64,000 nucleotides of DNA from Acidobacteriota bacterium (GCA_947467605.1 CANIII010000001.1:125241-189240); one strand, 5' to 3'. Counted from the stretch's first letter, positions 9,372 through 19,781 are shown. Notes: generated by a model from the letters alone, not told the origin. Numbers and translations: made by a program.

Positions 9372-12038
9372 TTACTTCTGCAGCCAGTTCTGCACGATGG
9401 TCACCGAGCCCGTCGACGCGCGTTCGGGCACCAAAGCCAGCAGCCGCTGCGACTTCGGTTCAAAGGCGATCGCCTGGCCGCTAAACGGGAAGACACCGGT
9501 CCGGACCGGCGTTCCGAGGCCAATAACTGGACCCGGTTGGACGTCCACACGCCACATCGAAGATAAGTCGCCCCCGACGTAGATGATGTGCCGACCGTCA
9601 GGCGTCCACACGGAAAACAGACCGCCGTTACTCGACACCTGGCGCTTTTGTCCGGGAGTGGGGAAGGAATCGACGTAGATCTCGAAGCGTCCGGTTTCAT
9701 CGGACGTGTAGGCCACGTGCCGCCCATCAGGTGACTCGGCGCTCAGACAATCCCGCTGAGGCCCGGCGATGTATGTCGTCGGGTTCTGTGCGGCCGGCAG
9801 CGGCAGCAAGTGAATGTTCTGCGCGGCCTCCGGATCGAGCGACGAAAAGAACAGGAACTTCCCGTCTGTGGAAAACCCTTCCGGACTCTTGAACAGCACG
9901 GGCGAACTGTAGAACGGCTGCTCGGCGCCTGGATCCGAGATGCCCTTGACGAAGAAGTTCTGCGGACCATCGCGATCGCTGGCAAACACGACACGCTTGC
10001 CGTCGCTCGACCACACCGGTGAGTCGTTTCGGCCGCCACCCGAAGAAAAGGGCACGGCGCCTCCATGCGCGAGATCCACGAGCCACAGCGACGACTCAGT
10101 GACCGACGTCGAGCGCACGAAGATCGCCTGCGTGGCATCCGGCGAAATGCTCACGCCGGAATACTGCGCCTCCGGAAGCTTCACGGTGCCGAGTGTCTTG
10201 CCGGACATGTCGAACCATGTGGCGACAGCACTTCTGGCCGGCGACGTAAAGTACGCCAGCGCACCCGTGTTTGACACCGACACGACCTGGGCGCTCGTGA
10301 ACGATTGCGAGGGATCAAGGATGCTGGTCGGCTGATCCGGCAGCGAGATCGATTCCCCGCTCAGGGTCAACGACTTGGGATCAAACCGCTGCGCCGCCAG
10401 AACGTTTTGCCGGCTGAAGAGCAAATAGCCAGGCGCCACGTACACGGGCGCACTCTCCATCTGTCCGATGAGTTTGCCGGGTCCGCCGCTGAGCGCGCCG
10501 ACAAAGATGTCGAACTTGCCGGCGCGACTGGGCAGCGCGGCATAGAGGAAATGATCACCATCAGGCAGAAATGTCGGAAACCGATGCGACGACTGATTCG
10601 CCGACAGCGTCGTCAGCGGTTCCGGCTCACCCCCAGATGCCGACACCTTGAACAACGGCCCACTCGCGTCACGGGCGAAGACGATGATGTTGTTGGCGTT
10701 CCAGGTGGCGCCACGCCCGCCGCTACCGGGCGAACTGCAGACCGTCTGAATCACACCACCGGTAGCCGCGACCGTGCGCAGTTTCCCTGACGTGAAGTAT
10801 CCGATGCGCTTGCTGTCTGGGGACCAGAACGGCAGGGTCACATTGGCGCCGGCGGTTTCCTCGATACGGCGGGCGGTCAGCGAATTGATCGGTCGCACCC
10901 AGACACCGGTCATGAGCCGCCGGTCGCCGGTGACGAACGCCACCTGCGTGCCGTCGGGTGAGATCGCGACCTGAATGGAGTCGGGAAAGAGCTGTTCGCC
11001 CGGCGGCGCCACGATCGACGTGCGCATCTCAGCGCCAACGATCGCCGTCACCGGTCGCGCGAGATAGGCGACGATAGCGGTCAGGAGCGCGGCCACAGCG
11101 GGCCACAACCAGCGACGCCATGACGGCTGTGCGGACACTGCGACGATCGCCGGTGTCACCGGCGCTGCGACGGGCTCGTTCTCGTTCAGTTCCAATCGCG
11201 CATCGCCAATGGAGCTCAATCGCGCCTTCGGATCTTTTTCCAAACAACGGCGCAAGAGACGACGGATCGAGGTCGGCAGTGTGCCGGGGACGAGCGTCCA
11301 ATCGGGATCGCTCTTCAGCACAGACGCAAGCACGTCGGAAATATCGTCGCCTTCAAACACGCGGCGGCCGGTCAACATCTCAAACAACACGGCGCCGAAG
11401 GCCCAGATGTCTGCGCGGCGATCGACCGAACGACCTCTGGCCTGCTCGGGCGACATGTAGGCGGCAGTACCGATGATCATACCCATCTGCGTCGCACGCG
11501 CAGTTAACGTCGGCGAATTTGAAATGCTCGTGCCCGATGCGGCGTCTGCGGAACGCGCGAGGCCGAAGTCGAGCACCTTCACTGTGCCGTCCGGACGCAC
11601 TTTCACATTCGCGGGCTTGAGGTCTCGATGGATGATGCCTTGCTCATGCGCAGCCTCGAGTGCGTCAGCGATCTGGCGGGCGATCGGCAGCGCGTCATGG
11701 AGCGCCATGGGGCCGCGGGCGATCAGCGTCGACAGGTCATCGCCTTCGACCAGTTCCATGACGAGCGCGCGCGTCGGCGGTTGGCCGGGCACCGCCATCT
11801 CTTCGATTCCGAAAATCTGCGCGATATTGGTGTGGTTGAGCGACGCGAGCATCTTTGCCTCGCGCGCAAATCGCGCCACGCGATCCGCGTCGAACGCGAA
11901 TGATTCGGGCAGCACCTTGATCGCCACGTCGCGATCGAGTTTTGAGTCGCGAGCGCGATAGACCTCGCCCATGCCACCGGCTCCGATTGGCGCGATGATT
12001 TCGTACGGGCCGATCCGGGCTCCAGCGGTCAATGTCAT
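9372..12038 (-). CDS. Membrane Ser/Thr protein kinase with C-terminal TolB-like (PD40/WD40-like) beta-propeller
   Basis: Hanks kinase motifs are present: [34 protein letters not shown]. There is one hydrophobic span ([18 protein letters not shown]). Repeated SPDG-containing propeller blades follow. Confidence 0.9.
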   Translation of the reverse strand: MTLTAGARIGPYEIIAPIGAGGMGEVYRARDSKLDRDVAIKVLPESFAFDADRVARFAREAKMLASLNHTNIAQIFGIEEMAVPGQPPTRALVMELVEGDDLSTLIARGPMALHDALPIARQIADALEAAHEQGIIHRDLKPANVKVRPDGTVKVLDFGLARSADAASGTSISNSPTLTARATQMGMIIGTAAYMSPEQARGRSVDRRADIWAFGAVLFEMLTGRRVFEGDDISDVLASVLKSDPDWTLVPGTLPTSIRRLLRRCLEKDPKARLSSIGDARLELNENEPVAAPVTPAIVAVSAQPSWRRWLWPAVAALLTAIVAYLARPVTAIVGAEMRTSIVAPPGEQLFPDSIQVAISPDGTQVAFVTGDRRLMTGVWVRPINSLTARRIEETAGANVTLPFWSPDSKRIGYFTSGKLRTVAATGGVIQTVCSSPGSGGRGATWNANNIIVFARDASGPLFKVSASGGEPEPLTTLSANQSSHRFPTFLPDGDHFLYAALPSRAGKFDIFVGALSGGPGKLIGQMESAPVYVAPGYLLFSRQNVLAAQRFDPKSLTLSGESISLPDQPTSILDPSQSFTSAQVVSVSNTGALAYFTSPARSAVATWFDMSGKTLGTVKLPEAQYSGVSISPDATQAIFVRSTSVTESSLWLVDLAHGGAVPFSSGGGRNDSPVWSSDGKRVVFASDRDGPQNFFVKGISDPGAEQPFYSSPVLFKSPEGFSTDGKFLFFSSLDPEAAQNIHLLPLPAAQNPTTYIAGPQRDCLSAESPDGRHVAYTSDETGRFEIYVDSFPTPGQKRQVSSNGGLFSVWTPDGRHIIYVGGDLSSMWRVDVQPGPVIGLGTPVRTGVFPFSGQAIAFEPKSQRLLALVPERASTGSVTIVQNWLQK

Positions 12039-13132
12039 GAGTTCGGAAAGTATATCCGACGACGTTCAGCGGCCAACATCACCGTCAGCGCCGCCACCAG
12101 CACCGCGATCTGCGACAGGCTGTTGACGCGCCACCCGAGTGGCGCAGCGGCCAGCGCGATGACGCCGACGGCGGATCGATAGCGGCTCGATCCAATCTTC
12201 AGCAACCAACGAAACCACTTGTCGCTGGCCAGGTAGATGGCCACACCCGCGCCGAGGATCCACGCGTGCGACGCACTCACGGCACCGCCGCGGCTCGCGA
12301 TCGCGTCGTGCAGGCCTGCGGCGATGCATACGATGCCGAAGAGCATTCCCAAGTGCGCGTAGCTGTACGCGAGGATCGCGAGGCGCAGTTTGCGGGCCGG
12401 GTCCGCCGCTGTCAGCGCGCGCTCGCCACGGGTGTCATCGCCGTCGAAGTACGTCCACCAGATCGCGGCGCAGAGCGAGAACCCGAGCACGACCACACGC
12501 ACGAGCGGCCAGCCGATGGGCGCCGAGCCGAGACCGCTGCCGAGCGACACGACGGATTCGCCGAGGGCGACGATGATGATGAGGCCGTGACGTTCAGCGA
12601 AGTGCGATGGGTTGACGCTAAAGCGCTGCTCACGGCGGCGGAATGTCGCGATGAGAAACATCGCGACGGCGCCCAGCCACCAGAGCGAGCGGAATCGTGG
12701 ATCGAGCAGCCCGCCGGCGATCACGCACGCCGCGGCGGTCAGGTTGAACGGCGCGATCCCGCGAATTGCGCGGGCCGCGGCAGGCGATGCGTTGTAGAAG
12801 AGCGTGGCGTGCACCATCGTGACGATCGCGAAGGCGATGCCGAATACCAGTCCATCGTGTGCGGTGGCGGCGGGAATCGCGAGTGCCATCACGAAATAGG
12901 ACGCCATCCCGACCAGGAGCAGCATCCGGCGTGAGAAGCCGTCAGTGCCGACGCTGTTCGTGAGCCAGGCATAGCCGCCATACATCCACCAGGCGATCGT
13001 GAGAATCAGGCCTGCACTCGCGAAGTCGCCCGTGTTCTGGGCCGCCGACATCAGTTTTGCGATCTGGGTAATGGTGAAGACAAAGACCAGGTCGAAGAAC
13101 AGCTCGAGGGTCGAGACGCGCTCCTGAGGCAT
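12035..13132 (-). CDS. LtrA-like (low temperature requirement A family) multi-pass membrane protein
   Basis: Track ORF trimmed to the Met at 13132 (MPQERVSTLELFFDLVFVFTITQI, an LtrA-type N-terminal motif). The protein is very hydrophobic throughout. Its stop overlaps the kinase ATG (ATGA). Confidence 0.7.
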   Translation of the reverse strand: MPQERVSTLELFFDLVFVFTITQIAKLMSAAQNTGDFASAGLILTIAWWMYGGYAWLTNSVGTDGFSRRMLLLVGMASYFVMALAIPAATAHDGLVFGIAFAIVTMVHATLFYNASPAAARAIRGIAPFNLTAAACVIAGGLLDPRFRSLWWLGAVAMFLIATFRRREQRFSVNPSHFAERHGLIIIVALGESVVSLGSGLGSAPIGWPLVRVVVLGFSLCAAIWWTYFDGDDTRGERALTAADPARKLRLAILAYSYAHLGMLFGIVCIAAGLHDAIASRGGAVSASHAWILGAGVAIYLASDKWFRWLLKIGSSRYRSAVGVIALAAAPLGWRVNSLSQIAVLVAALTVMLAAERRRIYFPNS

Positions 13133-13193
13133 CGCGGAAAGTGTATTGAATGAGGACACCGCGATTGGCATCACAATTGATAGAAAGGTGGCT

Positions 13194-14147
13194 ATGACCA
13201 GATCAATCGCTCTTGCGGGTCTGTTGGCACTGACGTCCTCCGCTGCGTTCGCACAAACACCACCGGCAGCGAGTGCCGCCGCATTGGCGACGCGACCGGG
13301 CAACGACGTCAACGTGAGCGCGCAGCACTACGACTACCGGGAGCCGATGGACATCGACGTCTCCATTCACGGGCCGAAGTTCGGCGTCGAGTACACCGGG
13401 ACGGCCGCACTCAGCCAGCGGCGCCACTGGTTCGCGCAGTTCAACGTGCGCGGCACGGGCGCCACGGCGAACTACGACGGATCGTGCCGGCCATGGCAGA
13501 TCGCGCCAAGCAGCACGTCGGCGAATGGCTATCGCCTGACGCTCGGCAACACGTCACCCTGCGCCGATACCGGCAACATCGACTGGTATGTGGAAGGCCG
13601 CGCGTTGTTGGGCAAAGATCTCATCGGTCGCGCGTGGGCCATCGCACCGTTTACCGGCGTGGGCGTCCGGCATCTCTCGAACGGCGCCACGGGCAATTTC
13701 AACTACCGCACGCAGGAATATCTCTATGTGCCGCTCGGCGCCACCGTCCGCACGACGGCCATCGCAGATCGCGTGCTCGGCCTCACGGTGGAATATGACT
13801 ACCTGCTGCGCGGATGGAACACGACGCGCAATTCCCTCCTCGGCGGCGGCACCGTGCCGGCCACGTCCACCGTGCCCGCGTTCACCATTGGGGACTTCAC
13901 CGACCTGTCGTTCACACAAAAGACCGGATCGGCACTGCGCGCAAGCGCGTCGTATCCAGTCGGCAGACGATTCTCGCTCGAGCCGTACTACGTGCGGTGG
14001 CGTGTGAACGACTCGCCCGTGAGCACCGGTTCAGTCGCCTACACCGTCAATGCGATCACCGCCCGGCAGACGTTGAACGCCTACGAGCCGCACAACTTCA
14101 CGAACGAGTTCGGCGTGAAGATCGGGCTGCGACTCGGCGGGCGGTAG
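13194..14147 (+). CDS. Secreted protein, possibly an outer-membrane beta-barrel (family not recognised)
   Basis: Track ORF trimmed to MTRSIALAGLLALTSSAAFAQ (signal peptide). The composition is Gly/Tyr/Asn/Thr-rich with alternating hydrophobic residues. I recognised no diagnostic motif. Confidence 0.5.
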   Translation: MTRSIALAGLLALTSSAAFAQTPPAASAAALATRPGNDVNVSAQHYDYREPMDIDVSIHGPKFGVEYTGTAALSQRRHWFAQFNVRGTGATANYDGSCRPWQIAPSSTSANGYRLTLGNTSPCADTGNIDWYVEGRALLGKDLIGRAWAIAPFTGVGVRHLSNGATGNFNYRTQEYLYVPLGATVRTTAIADRVLGLTVEYDYLLRGWNTTRNSLLGGGTVPATSTVPAFTIGDFTDLSFTQKTGSALRASASYPVGRRFSLEPYYVRWRVNDSPVSTGSVAYTVNAITARQTLNAYEPHNFTNEFGVKIGLRLGGR

Positions 14148-14150
14148 CGC

Positions 14151-14570
14151 TCACGCCGTCCAGGGATTCACGACGGGAATGTCGAGATCCTCGAAGTGAC
14201 GCACGTTTCGGGTCGCGAGGGTGGCGCGACGCGCGATGGCGATTCCCGCAATTTCCGTGTCTCGAATATCTGCGGGCCGCCCTGCCTTCTGTCGCTTGGC
14301 TGCCAGTACCGCAGCGGCCACCGCCGCGTCCGCGTCGAAATCGAGCACACGATTTTCCAGATCGTCGCGCAGCAACAGTACAAAGGACTGCTCGAGCGCG
14401 CGCCGGCGGCGTGATGCTGGGAGAAGCGCGAGGCCGAGTCGCGTCTCGAACACAGTGATCGTCGTGATCCAGATCGATTCAGCCGGCTGACGATCGAGCC
14501 ACGCCACGACGCGCGGGTCCGGCTCCGCGCTCATGACGGCGGACAACACATTCGTGTCCAGAATGATCAT
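14151..14570 (-). CDS. vapC: PIN-domain toxin (VapC/FitB type)
   Basis: 139 aa, with the MIILDTNVLSAV PIN N-terminus and conserved acidic positions. It has a 4-nt ATGA overlap with the upstream antitoxin ORF. Confidence 0.9.
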   Translation of the reverse strand: MIILDTNVLSAVMSAEPDPRVVAWLDRQPAESIWITTITVFETRLGLALLPASRRRRALEQSFVLLLRDDLENRVLDFDADAAVAAAVLAAKRQKAGRPADIRDTEIAGIAIARRATLATRNVRHFEDLDIPVVNPWTA

Positions 14571-14815
14571 TCGTCGAACTTTGCTGGTCGAGCCACGTGG
14601 CCGCGCAGCTCAGGGAGCTCCACCGTGAGCCCGCCGCCTCTAAACCGCGCGGCGATTCGAGACCCGAGCTTGCGCACCGCACGATTCTCTCCGGCGACCG
14701 CCTGCCGCAAAATGGTGCGCACCTCGGCCTCCATGCTCCGCCCGTTCTGCTGGGCGAGACGACGGAGTCGGGTCTTCACGTCAGAGTCGAGGTCGCGGAC
14801 GACGAGTTGAGCCAT
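14567..14815 (-). CDS. Ribbon-helix-helix antitoxin (FitA/Arc-like) of the PIN toxin
   Basis: 82 aa. MAQLVVRDLDSDVKTRLRRLAQQNGRSMEAEVRTILRQAV is a typical RHH antitoxin N-terminus. It sits directly upstream of and overlaps vapC. Confidence 0.85.
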   Translation of the reverse strand: MAQLVVRDLDSDVKTRLRRLAQQNGRSMEAEVRTILRQAVAGENRAVRKLGSRIAARFRGGGLTVELPELRGHVARPAKFDE

Positions 14816-14829
14816 GCGATCGAGCTTAA

Positions 14830-14845
14830 TGATATCACGATATCA
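14830..14845 (-). promoter_or_regulatory. Putative TA operator: inverted repeat TGATATC-AC-GATATCA
   Basis: A near-perfect palindrome read directly from the sequence, 15-30 nt upstream of the antitoxin start codon (14815). RHH antitoxins normally autoregulate through such repeats. Confidence 0.45.
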
Positions 14846-14895
14846 ATCTGGCTGACCCGCGCGGCCGCGCGCCGACTATGTGTAATATCTCTGCC

Positions 14896-15591
14896 ATGCG
14901 ATTCATCGTCACGCTCGCCCTCTCCGCCCTGCTGACTCAAGCCGCTGCGCCTGCCGCCGGGCCGTGGATTTCGCTCTTCGACGGCAAGAGCATGGACGCG
15001 TGGCGCATTTTCAAGACGGAAAAGGCGCCGGGCATGTGCGCGACGCCGGGCGCGGCCGATTGCTGGGAGATTGTGGGCGGCGTGCTGAAGAAGGACGGGC
15101 ACGCCAACGACATCGCATCGAAGCAGATGTTCGGCGACTTCGAGTTCGAGCTCGAGTGGAACATCGGCGAGGCCAGCAACAGCGGCGTCTTCTATCGCGG
15201 CACCGAGGAGTTCAATCAGATCTACTGGAGCGCGCCGGAGTATCAGCTACTCGACAACATCAAGGCCGACGACAACAAGAAAGACAATCATCTGGCCGGA
15301 TCGGTGTACGACCTCTTCGCCGCGCCCAAGGAGGCCGCGTACGTCGCGGGCCAGTGGAATCAGACCCGCATCGTCGCGAAGGGCCCGCACGTCGAGCACT
15401 GGCTCAACGGCAAGATGGTGGCCTCGTACGACGTCGGCACACCCGCATGGGACGCGGCCATCGACGCGAGCAAGTTCAAAGCCGCGCGGTATCCGAAGTT
15501 CGGAAGAGCGACGACGGGCGTGCTCGGTATCCAGGGTGACCATCCCGGAACGCTCGCGCTACGCAACATCCGGATTCGGGAGTTGAAGTAG
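14896..15591 (+). CDS. Secreted DUF1080 (3-keto-disaccharide hydrolase-like, concanavalin-fold) protein
   Basis: Track ORF trimmed to MRFIVTLALSALLTQAAA (signal peptide). SLFDGKSMDAWRIF ... NSGVFYRG ... EYQLLDN ... HWLNGKMV ... GVLGIQGDHPG ... RNIRIREL matches the DUF1080 pattern. Confidence 0.8.
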   Translation: MRFIVTLALSALLTQAAAPAAGPWISLFDGKSMDAWRIFKTEKAPGMCATPGAADCWEIVGGVLKKDGHANDIASKQMFGDFEFELEWNIGEASNSGVFYRGTEEFNQIYWSAPEYQLLDNIKADDNKKDNHLAGSVYDLFAAPKEAAYVAGQWNQTRIVAKGPHVEHWLNGKMVASYDVGTPAWDAAIDASKFKAARYPKFGRATTGVLGIQGDHPGTLALRNIRIRELK

Positions 15592-15939
15592 GTGAACATC
15601 ATTCGCCATTCGCCTGGCAAAGTGCTGTCGGGCGCCGTTGAGTACGGCAACCTCGTGTTCGTGTCGGGCACTGTTCCTGATAATCCCGACGCCGACATCC
15701 GCGCGCAAACGGCGAATATTCTCTCGAAGATCGACGCCGTCCTCGCTGCGGCCGGCACGAACAAGTCGAACGTCCTGTCGGCCAGCATCTGGGTCACCGA
15801 CATTCGCAATCGCGATCAGATGAACGAGGCGTGGTGCGCGTGGATCGACCCTGCGCATCCACCGGCACGCGCGACCGTCGAAGCGAAACTCGCGGATCCG
15901 CGCTGGCTCGTTGAGATCAGCGTGATCGCGGCGAAGTAG
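15592..15939 (+). CDS. RidA/YjgF/UK114 family protein
   Basis: 115 aa, with a GTG start immediately after the upstream stop. GNLVFVSGTVP ... IWVTDI ... PARATVEAKLADPRWLVEISVIA is typical of the RidA family. Confidence 0.85.
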   Translation: MNIIRHSPGKVLSGAVEYGNLVFVSGTVPDNPDADIRAQTANILSKIDAVLAAAGTNKSNVLSASIWVTDIRNRDQMNEAWCAWIDPAHPPARATVEAKLADPRWLVEISVIAAK

Positions 15940-15947
15940 CTCGTCAG

Positions 15948-16907
15948 CTACTTGTCGTCGGACAAACCGATGCGCTTCGATCCGAGCGTATAGATCATGC
16001 GCGGCGAATTCAGAATGACCTTGGATGCGCCAGTGATCTTGCGCTGCATGATCGCGTCAGACAGCGCGAGTTCTTCGGCGATGTCGCTCTGATGAAACGG
16101 CTCCCACTGGTGGCCATTGACGATCGTGGTGATGTCTTTCGTCTTGGCGGCGAAGTTCTTCACGGACTCCGTCCACTGCGCCAGTTTTTCGCGATTGCTA
16201 AGGAGCACGCGGAACAGCATCGAGTCGCCGGTGAACGCGACTTTGTGCTGACGCTCGACGTAGGCGACTGATCCGGGCGTGTGGCCTGGGAAGCCGATCA
16301 CTTCGATCTCGATGCCGCCGAGGTCGATTTTGTCTCCATCTTTCACGAAGTTGTATTTGATCGGCTTGTCGTCGACCATGCTCTTCGTCGCGGCCTCGAT
16401 CATGGCGGTGTTGCCTTCCATGAAGCCGCTATATCCGCGCAGTCGGCCGGCGCGGTTCGAGGAGAGCGCCGTCTGCTCATCTTCCTTGCCGACGTAGGCC
16501 TCGTCGAACAGCTGATTGGCGCCGACGTGGTCGAGATGCCCATGCGTGCTCAGCGCGATCACGGGCAGATCGGTGAACTGCGCGACATATTTGCGCAGAT
16601 CGGCGAGTCCCAATCCTGTGTCGATGATCGCGGCGCGCTTGGTGCCGATGATCAGGCCCATCTGCTGCGTGTGCGGCGGATTGTTCACTTCATCGACGGG
16701 ATACGGCTGGTGAATCTCCGCGATCACGTAGAACCGGTCGCTGATCTTGCGATACACGTACGGCTTGGTCGGATCCGGCTTGGGCGCTGTGCCGGCAGGC
16801 ACTGGCGGCGGCAGTTGTCGCGGCGTGGCCTGACGAGCGGCAATGCCAGTTCCAACGAATGCGAGGCACACGAATCCGAGGAGCGCGGGGATGACATTCA
16901 CCTTCAT
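15948..16907 (-). CDS. Secreted MBL-fold metallo-hydrolase
   Basis: It has a signal peptide (MKVNVIPALLGFVCLAFVGTGIAA) and the metallo-beta-lactamase motif STHGHLDHVG, plus a later GHTPGS. Confidence 0.8.
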   Translation of the reverse strand: MKVNVIPALLGFVCLAFVGTGIAARQATPRQLPPPVPAGTAPKPDPTKPYVYRKISDRFYVIAEIHQPYPVDEVNNPPHTQQMGLIIGTKRAAIIDTGLGLADLRKYVAQFTDLPVIALSTHGHLDHVGANQLFDEAYVGKEDEQTALSSNRAGRLRGYSGFMEGNTAMIEAATKSMVDDKPIKYNFVKDGDKIDLGGIEIEVIGFPGHTPGSVAYVERQHKVAFTGDSMLFRVLLSNREKLAQWTESVKNFAAKTKDITTIVNGHQWEPFHQSDIAEELALSDAIMQRKITGASKVILNSPRMIYTLGSKRIGLSDDK

Positions 16908-16963
16908 GAGCGAGAGTGTCTACCGCCCGCAGGGGCTGCGCAAACGTGTAACGGTAACCGGGC

Positions 16964-17881
16964 CTACTTCTCGCGGGCTGCGTAAATAAACGTCAGCGCA
17001 TCTGCAAGGCGGCGGCCGAAGGCGGGGGTGTCGTGTGTTCCCTTGTCGGCTACCGTCAACCGCACGTCGGCCGGCGAAATGGCCGCGCTGAAGTTGCCTG
17101 CCAACTGCCGGACGGCTTTGACGATGCCGGCGTTGATCGCATCGGCGTCAAGTCCTGTCTCTTCGGTTGTGCCGACACCGATCGCGATTCGTTTTGGAGC
17201 GCGGAGGAGCGATTGAGTGTCTCGCAGCAGCTGCCCATTCCCGACTTCGACCGATGGGCTTTCGACAATTGCCGCGCTGAAGAGCTCAGGGCGCTCGACG
17301 ATCGTGTGGATCGCCGCGACACCTCCGTATGATGCACCCCAGATCGCCGCGCCATCTGGGCCGGGCTGAACGGCATAGCGCTTCGCGATGGCGGGCATCA
17401 CGTCGTTCTCCAGGAACGCCGGAAAGCTCGCGCCACGGGGCGTGAACGGCAGAGGAAAGTACGCCGTGGCGTAGGGAAGGAACTCGCTCGCCCTGCCTGC
17501 GCCCTGGTCGATGTTGCCGCCGACATCGGAGCCGTTGTCGATGCCGACGGCAATCACGGGAGGAATCTTCCGGGCCTGGATCAGCGAGGTCAGCGTTTCA
17601 TCGGCGCTCAGTTCCTCATGCCTGAATGCGGTGCAGGCGTCGAAGGCGCTCGCACCGTCGAGAATGTAGAGCACGGGATGCTTCGCCGCGCGATCGAACC
17701 CTGGCGGCAGCCACACGCGCACCGCGCGCTGGTTCTTGAACACCTTACTGGTAAGAGTGAAGGTTTCGAGCGTGCCAACAACTGTCGATTTGCAGGTCTC
17801 GGCCTTCTGGGCCTCACCCGCACCAACCAGGCTGAACATGCTGATGGCAGTCGACAGAGCAATTGCGATGCGTGGTTTCAC
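16964..17881 (-). CDS. Secreted alpha/beta hydrolase, putative esterase family
   Basis: It has a signal peptide. VWLPPGFDRAAKHPVLYILDG and the nucleophile-elbow-like GASYGG resemble the esterase D/enterochelin-esterase-like family. Confidence 0.75.
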   Translation of the reverse strand: MKPRIAIALSTAISMFSLVGAGEAQKAETCKSTVVGTLETFTLTSKVFKNQRAVRVWLPPGFDRAAKHPVLYILDGASAFDACTAFRHEELSADETLTSLIQARKIPPVIAVGIDNGSDVGGNIDQGAGRASEFLPYATAYFPLPFTPRGASFPAFLENDVMPAIAKRYAVQPGPDGAAIWGASYGGVAAIHTIVERPELFSAAIVESPSVEVGNGQLLRDTQSLLRAPKRIAIGVGTTEETGLDADAINAGIVKAVRQLAGNFSAAISPADVRLTVADKGTHDTPAFGRRLADALTFIYAAREK

Positions 17882-17894
17882 GAGGGCCTCGTCT

Positions 17895-18950
17895 TCACTT
17901 CTTCAGAAACTCGATCAGGCCTTTCATGTAAATGTCCTGATCGTCGTAGAGCGCCATGTGGCTGCCGTTCGGCGCGAACAGGTAGCTGCCGTGCGGGAAC
18001 TGCTTCGACATCCACTCCATGTGTTTCGGGTCCATCGTGTCGTGCGCGGCGCCGATGACGAGCGTGCGGGTGGTGATGTTCTTCAGGTCCTGTGACCGAT
18101 CCCACTTTTCCAGCCGGCCCGATGCGCCCATCTCGCTCGGCCCCTGCATCGGCACGTAGATCTTCTTATTGAGTCGGCCAAAAGAGCGCAGCACTGGATC
18201 CGGCCATTCGGCGGCGGGCTTGCGCAGGATGTGCCGCTCGTAGAACGCCGGCATGAGCAGTTCTTCGTACTTGGGATTGTCGAACGCCTCCTTCTTCTCG
18301 AGCGCCAGGATCTCCGCGAGCGCTTTCTGATCCATCGCCGGCATCAGCACGTTGTGCGCGTATTCGTTGTACGCCGGCGCGCTCGACATCATGTTCGAGA
18401 TGATCAGGCCCTTGAGGTTCTGCTGATACTTGAGCGCGTATTCGATGGCGAGAATGCCGCCCCACGAATGACCGAGCAGGTAGAAGTTGTCGGGCCCGAG
18501 TCCGAGCGCGACGCGCACCTGCTCCACTTCGTCCACAAACCGCGGCAGCTGGTAGAGCGAGTCATCGTCGGGCTGGTCGCTGAAGGCCGAGCCGAGCTGG
18601 TCGTAGTAGTAATACTCGACGCCGGCGGCCGGCAGGAAGCTGTCGAACGCTTCGAAATACTCATGCGTGGCGCCGGGCCCGCCGTGCAGCAGCAGGACCT
18701 TCACCGTGGGATTGTTGCCAACGCGCTTCGTCCAGACGTTAAACAAGCCTTTAGCCGTAGTGATCGGAATCTTGCGCACGCCGCCGGTCCAGACATCCTT
18801 GCGGCCTGAGTTGTCGAAGTAGGAGGGGGCGGCAGGCGCAGCGGCCGGTGCTGGTGCGGGCGGCTGGGCACAGGCGGAAACGACGAGGGCCGCGCCGATG
18901 AAGGTCAAGCCGCGGCTCACAACGAAGATACGAGCAGAAGGTGTCGGCAT
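17895..18950 (-). CDS. Proline iminopeptidase-family alpha/beta hydrolase (probable lipoprotein)
   Basis: Track ORF trimmed to the Met at 18950 (MPTPSARIFVVSRGLTFIGAALVVSAC, a lipobox-like sequence). LLLHGGPGATHEY and GHSWGG motifs are present. Confidence 0.85.
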   Translation of the reverse strand: MPTPSARIFVVSRGLTFIGAALVVSACAQPPAPAPAAAPAAPSYFDNSGRKDVWTGGVRKIPITTAKGLFNVWTKRVGNNPTVKVLLLHGGPGATHEYFEAFDSFLPAAGVEYYYYDQLGSAFSDQPDDDSLYQLPRFVDEVEQVRVALGLGPDNFYLLGHSWGGILAIEYALKYQQNLKGLIISNMMSSAPAYNEYAHNVLMPAMDQKALAEILALEKKEAFDNPKYEELLMPAFYERHILRKPAAEWPDPVLRSFGRLNKKIYVPMQGPSEMGASGRLEKWDRSQDLKNITTRTLVIGAAHDTMDPKHMEWMSKQFPHGSYLFAPNGSHMALYDDQDIYMKGLIEFLKK

Positions 18951-19203
18951 GGCAGGGAGTTCTATCACGGCTGACGCCGATAGCGGCGGGCCTCCGACGA
19001 AATGGTTGGTCATTGGCTCACATCAGTCGGGCCAGTGGAATCGGACGCGCAGCGTTGCGCGCAGTCCGCCGATCGAACAGCCCAGCTTCAATGTGGTTAC
19101 GCCCCTATGACATCGCCACTCACATGTGACGCAATCATCGGATGTTGGGTGGGCGTATTCACATCGGACAAGCCCAGTCAGTTGGTGCGTCGTGAAGCTG
19201 GCG

Positions 19204-19566
19204 ATGAGCCTTTCACACGACAGCAGAACTGACTATCTGCACGATGGCGCGAACCTCGGGGATCAGGTCCTCGATGAGAAGTACTTCTACACCGCGTCTT
19301 ACCATGCCTGTTGGCCCTGGCGCGTGCTCGACGACTATGCCAGCGGTCACGCCGCCATACATCTGCAGATTGGGTGCAGGACGTTTGCTGGTGATCCATG
19401 CGATTTCAGCGCCATCTACGAGGTCAACAAACGGACTCTCGAAAACATGGTCGGCGGGGTCCGGACTGCTTTGTCCAGTCGTCCTGACATTGAAGGCGAC
19501 GGGTCTGGACAGGACGACCTTACCGACAAGCTCTTGTCAAAGCCCAATCGAGCGTGCTCGAGGTAA
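19204..19566 (+). CDS. Orphan ORF in the GC-poor island (hypothetical)
   Basis: Inner Met of track ORF 19126..19566. Third-position GC is about 70 percent by hand count, in a region of about 50 percent GC. No recognisable motif. It overlaps the convergent ORF 19416..19781 by about 150 nt, so at most one of the two is likely real over the overlap. Confidence 0.25.
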   Translation: MSLSHDSRTDYLHDGANLGDQVLDEKYFYTASYHACWPWRVLDDYASGHAAIHLQIGCRTFAGDPCDFSAIYEVNKRTLENMVGGVRTALSSRPDIEGDGSGQDDLTDKLLSKPNRACSR

Positions 19567-19781
19567 GCAGGAGACTTGACTGATCGGCGGCACAATTCGA
19601 CGATGACCTCTTCGATAAAGAGGTGCTTCGTCAGCAACATGGCTGAGAATTCGGTGCGCGGGCGCATCGCCCGGTTCACCCAACGTTCCATCAATGAAAC
19701 GGGGAACGTCCATTTCACTGAACGGGCAAACAACACTTGGCCTCGGCGGCTGTTATCTTTCGTGCGTTGATCTGTACTCAA
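19416..19781 (-). CDS. Orphan ORF in the GC-poor island (hypothetical, possibly a frameshifted remnant)
   Basis: Third-position GC is about 70 percent by hand count. A second minus-strand frame stays open from about 19535 down to the stop at about 19216, so a single frameshift near 19530 would yield a ~190-aa product. No motif recognised. Confidence 0.25.
   Translation of the reverse strand: MSTDQRTKDNSRRGQVLFARSVKWTFPVSLMERWVNRAMRPRTEFSAMLLTKHLFIEEVIVELCRRSVKSPAYLEHARLGFDKSLSVRSSCPDPSPSMSGRLDKAVRTPPTMFSRVRLLTS

Noticed and set aside
13166-13181. TGGCAT-CACAA-TTGAT upstream of the putative OM protein gene.
   Set aside because: The -12 element is GA instead of the near-invariant GC, and the implied TSS would fall at or beyond the start codon and its AAAGGTGG ribosome-binding site.
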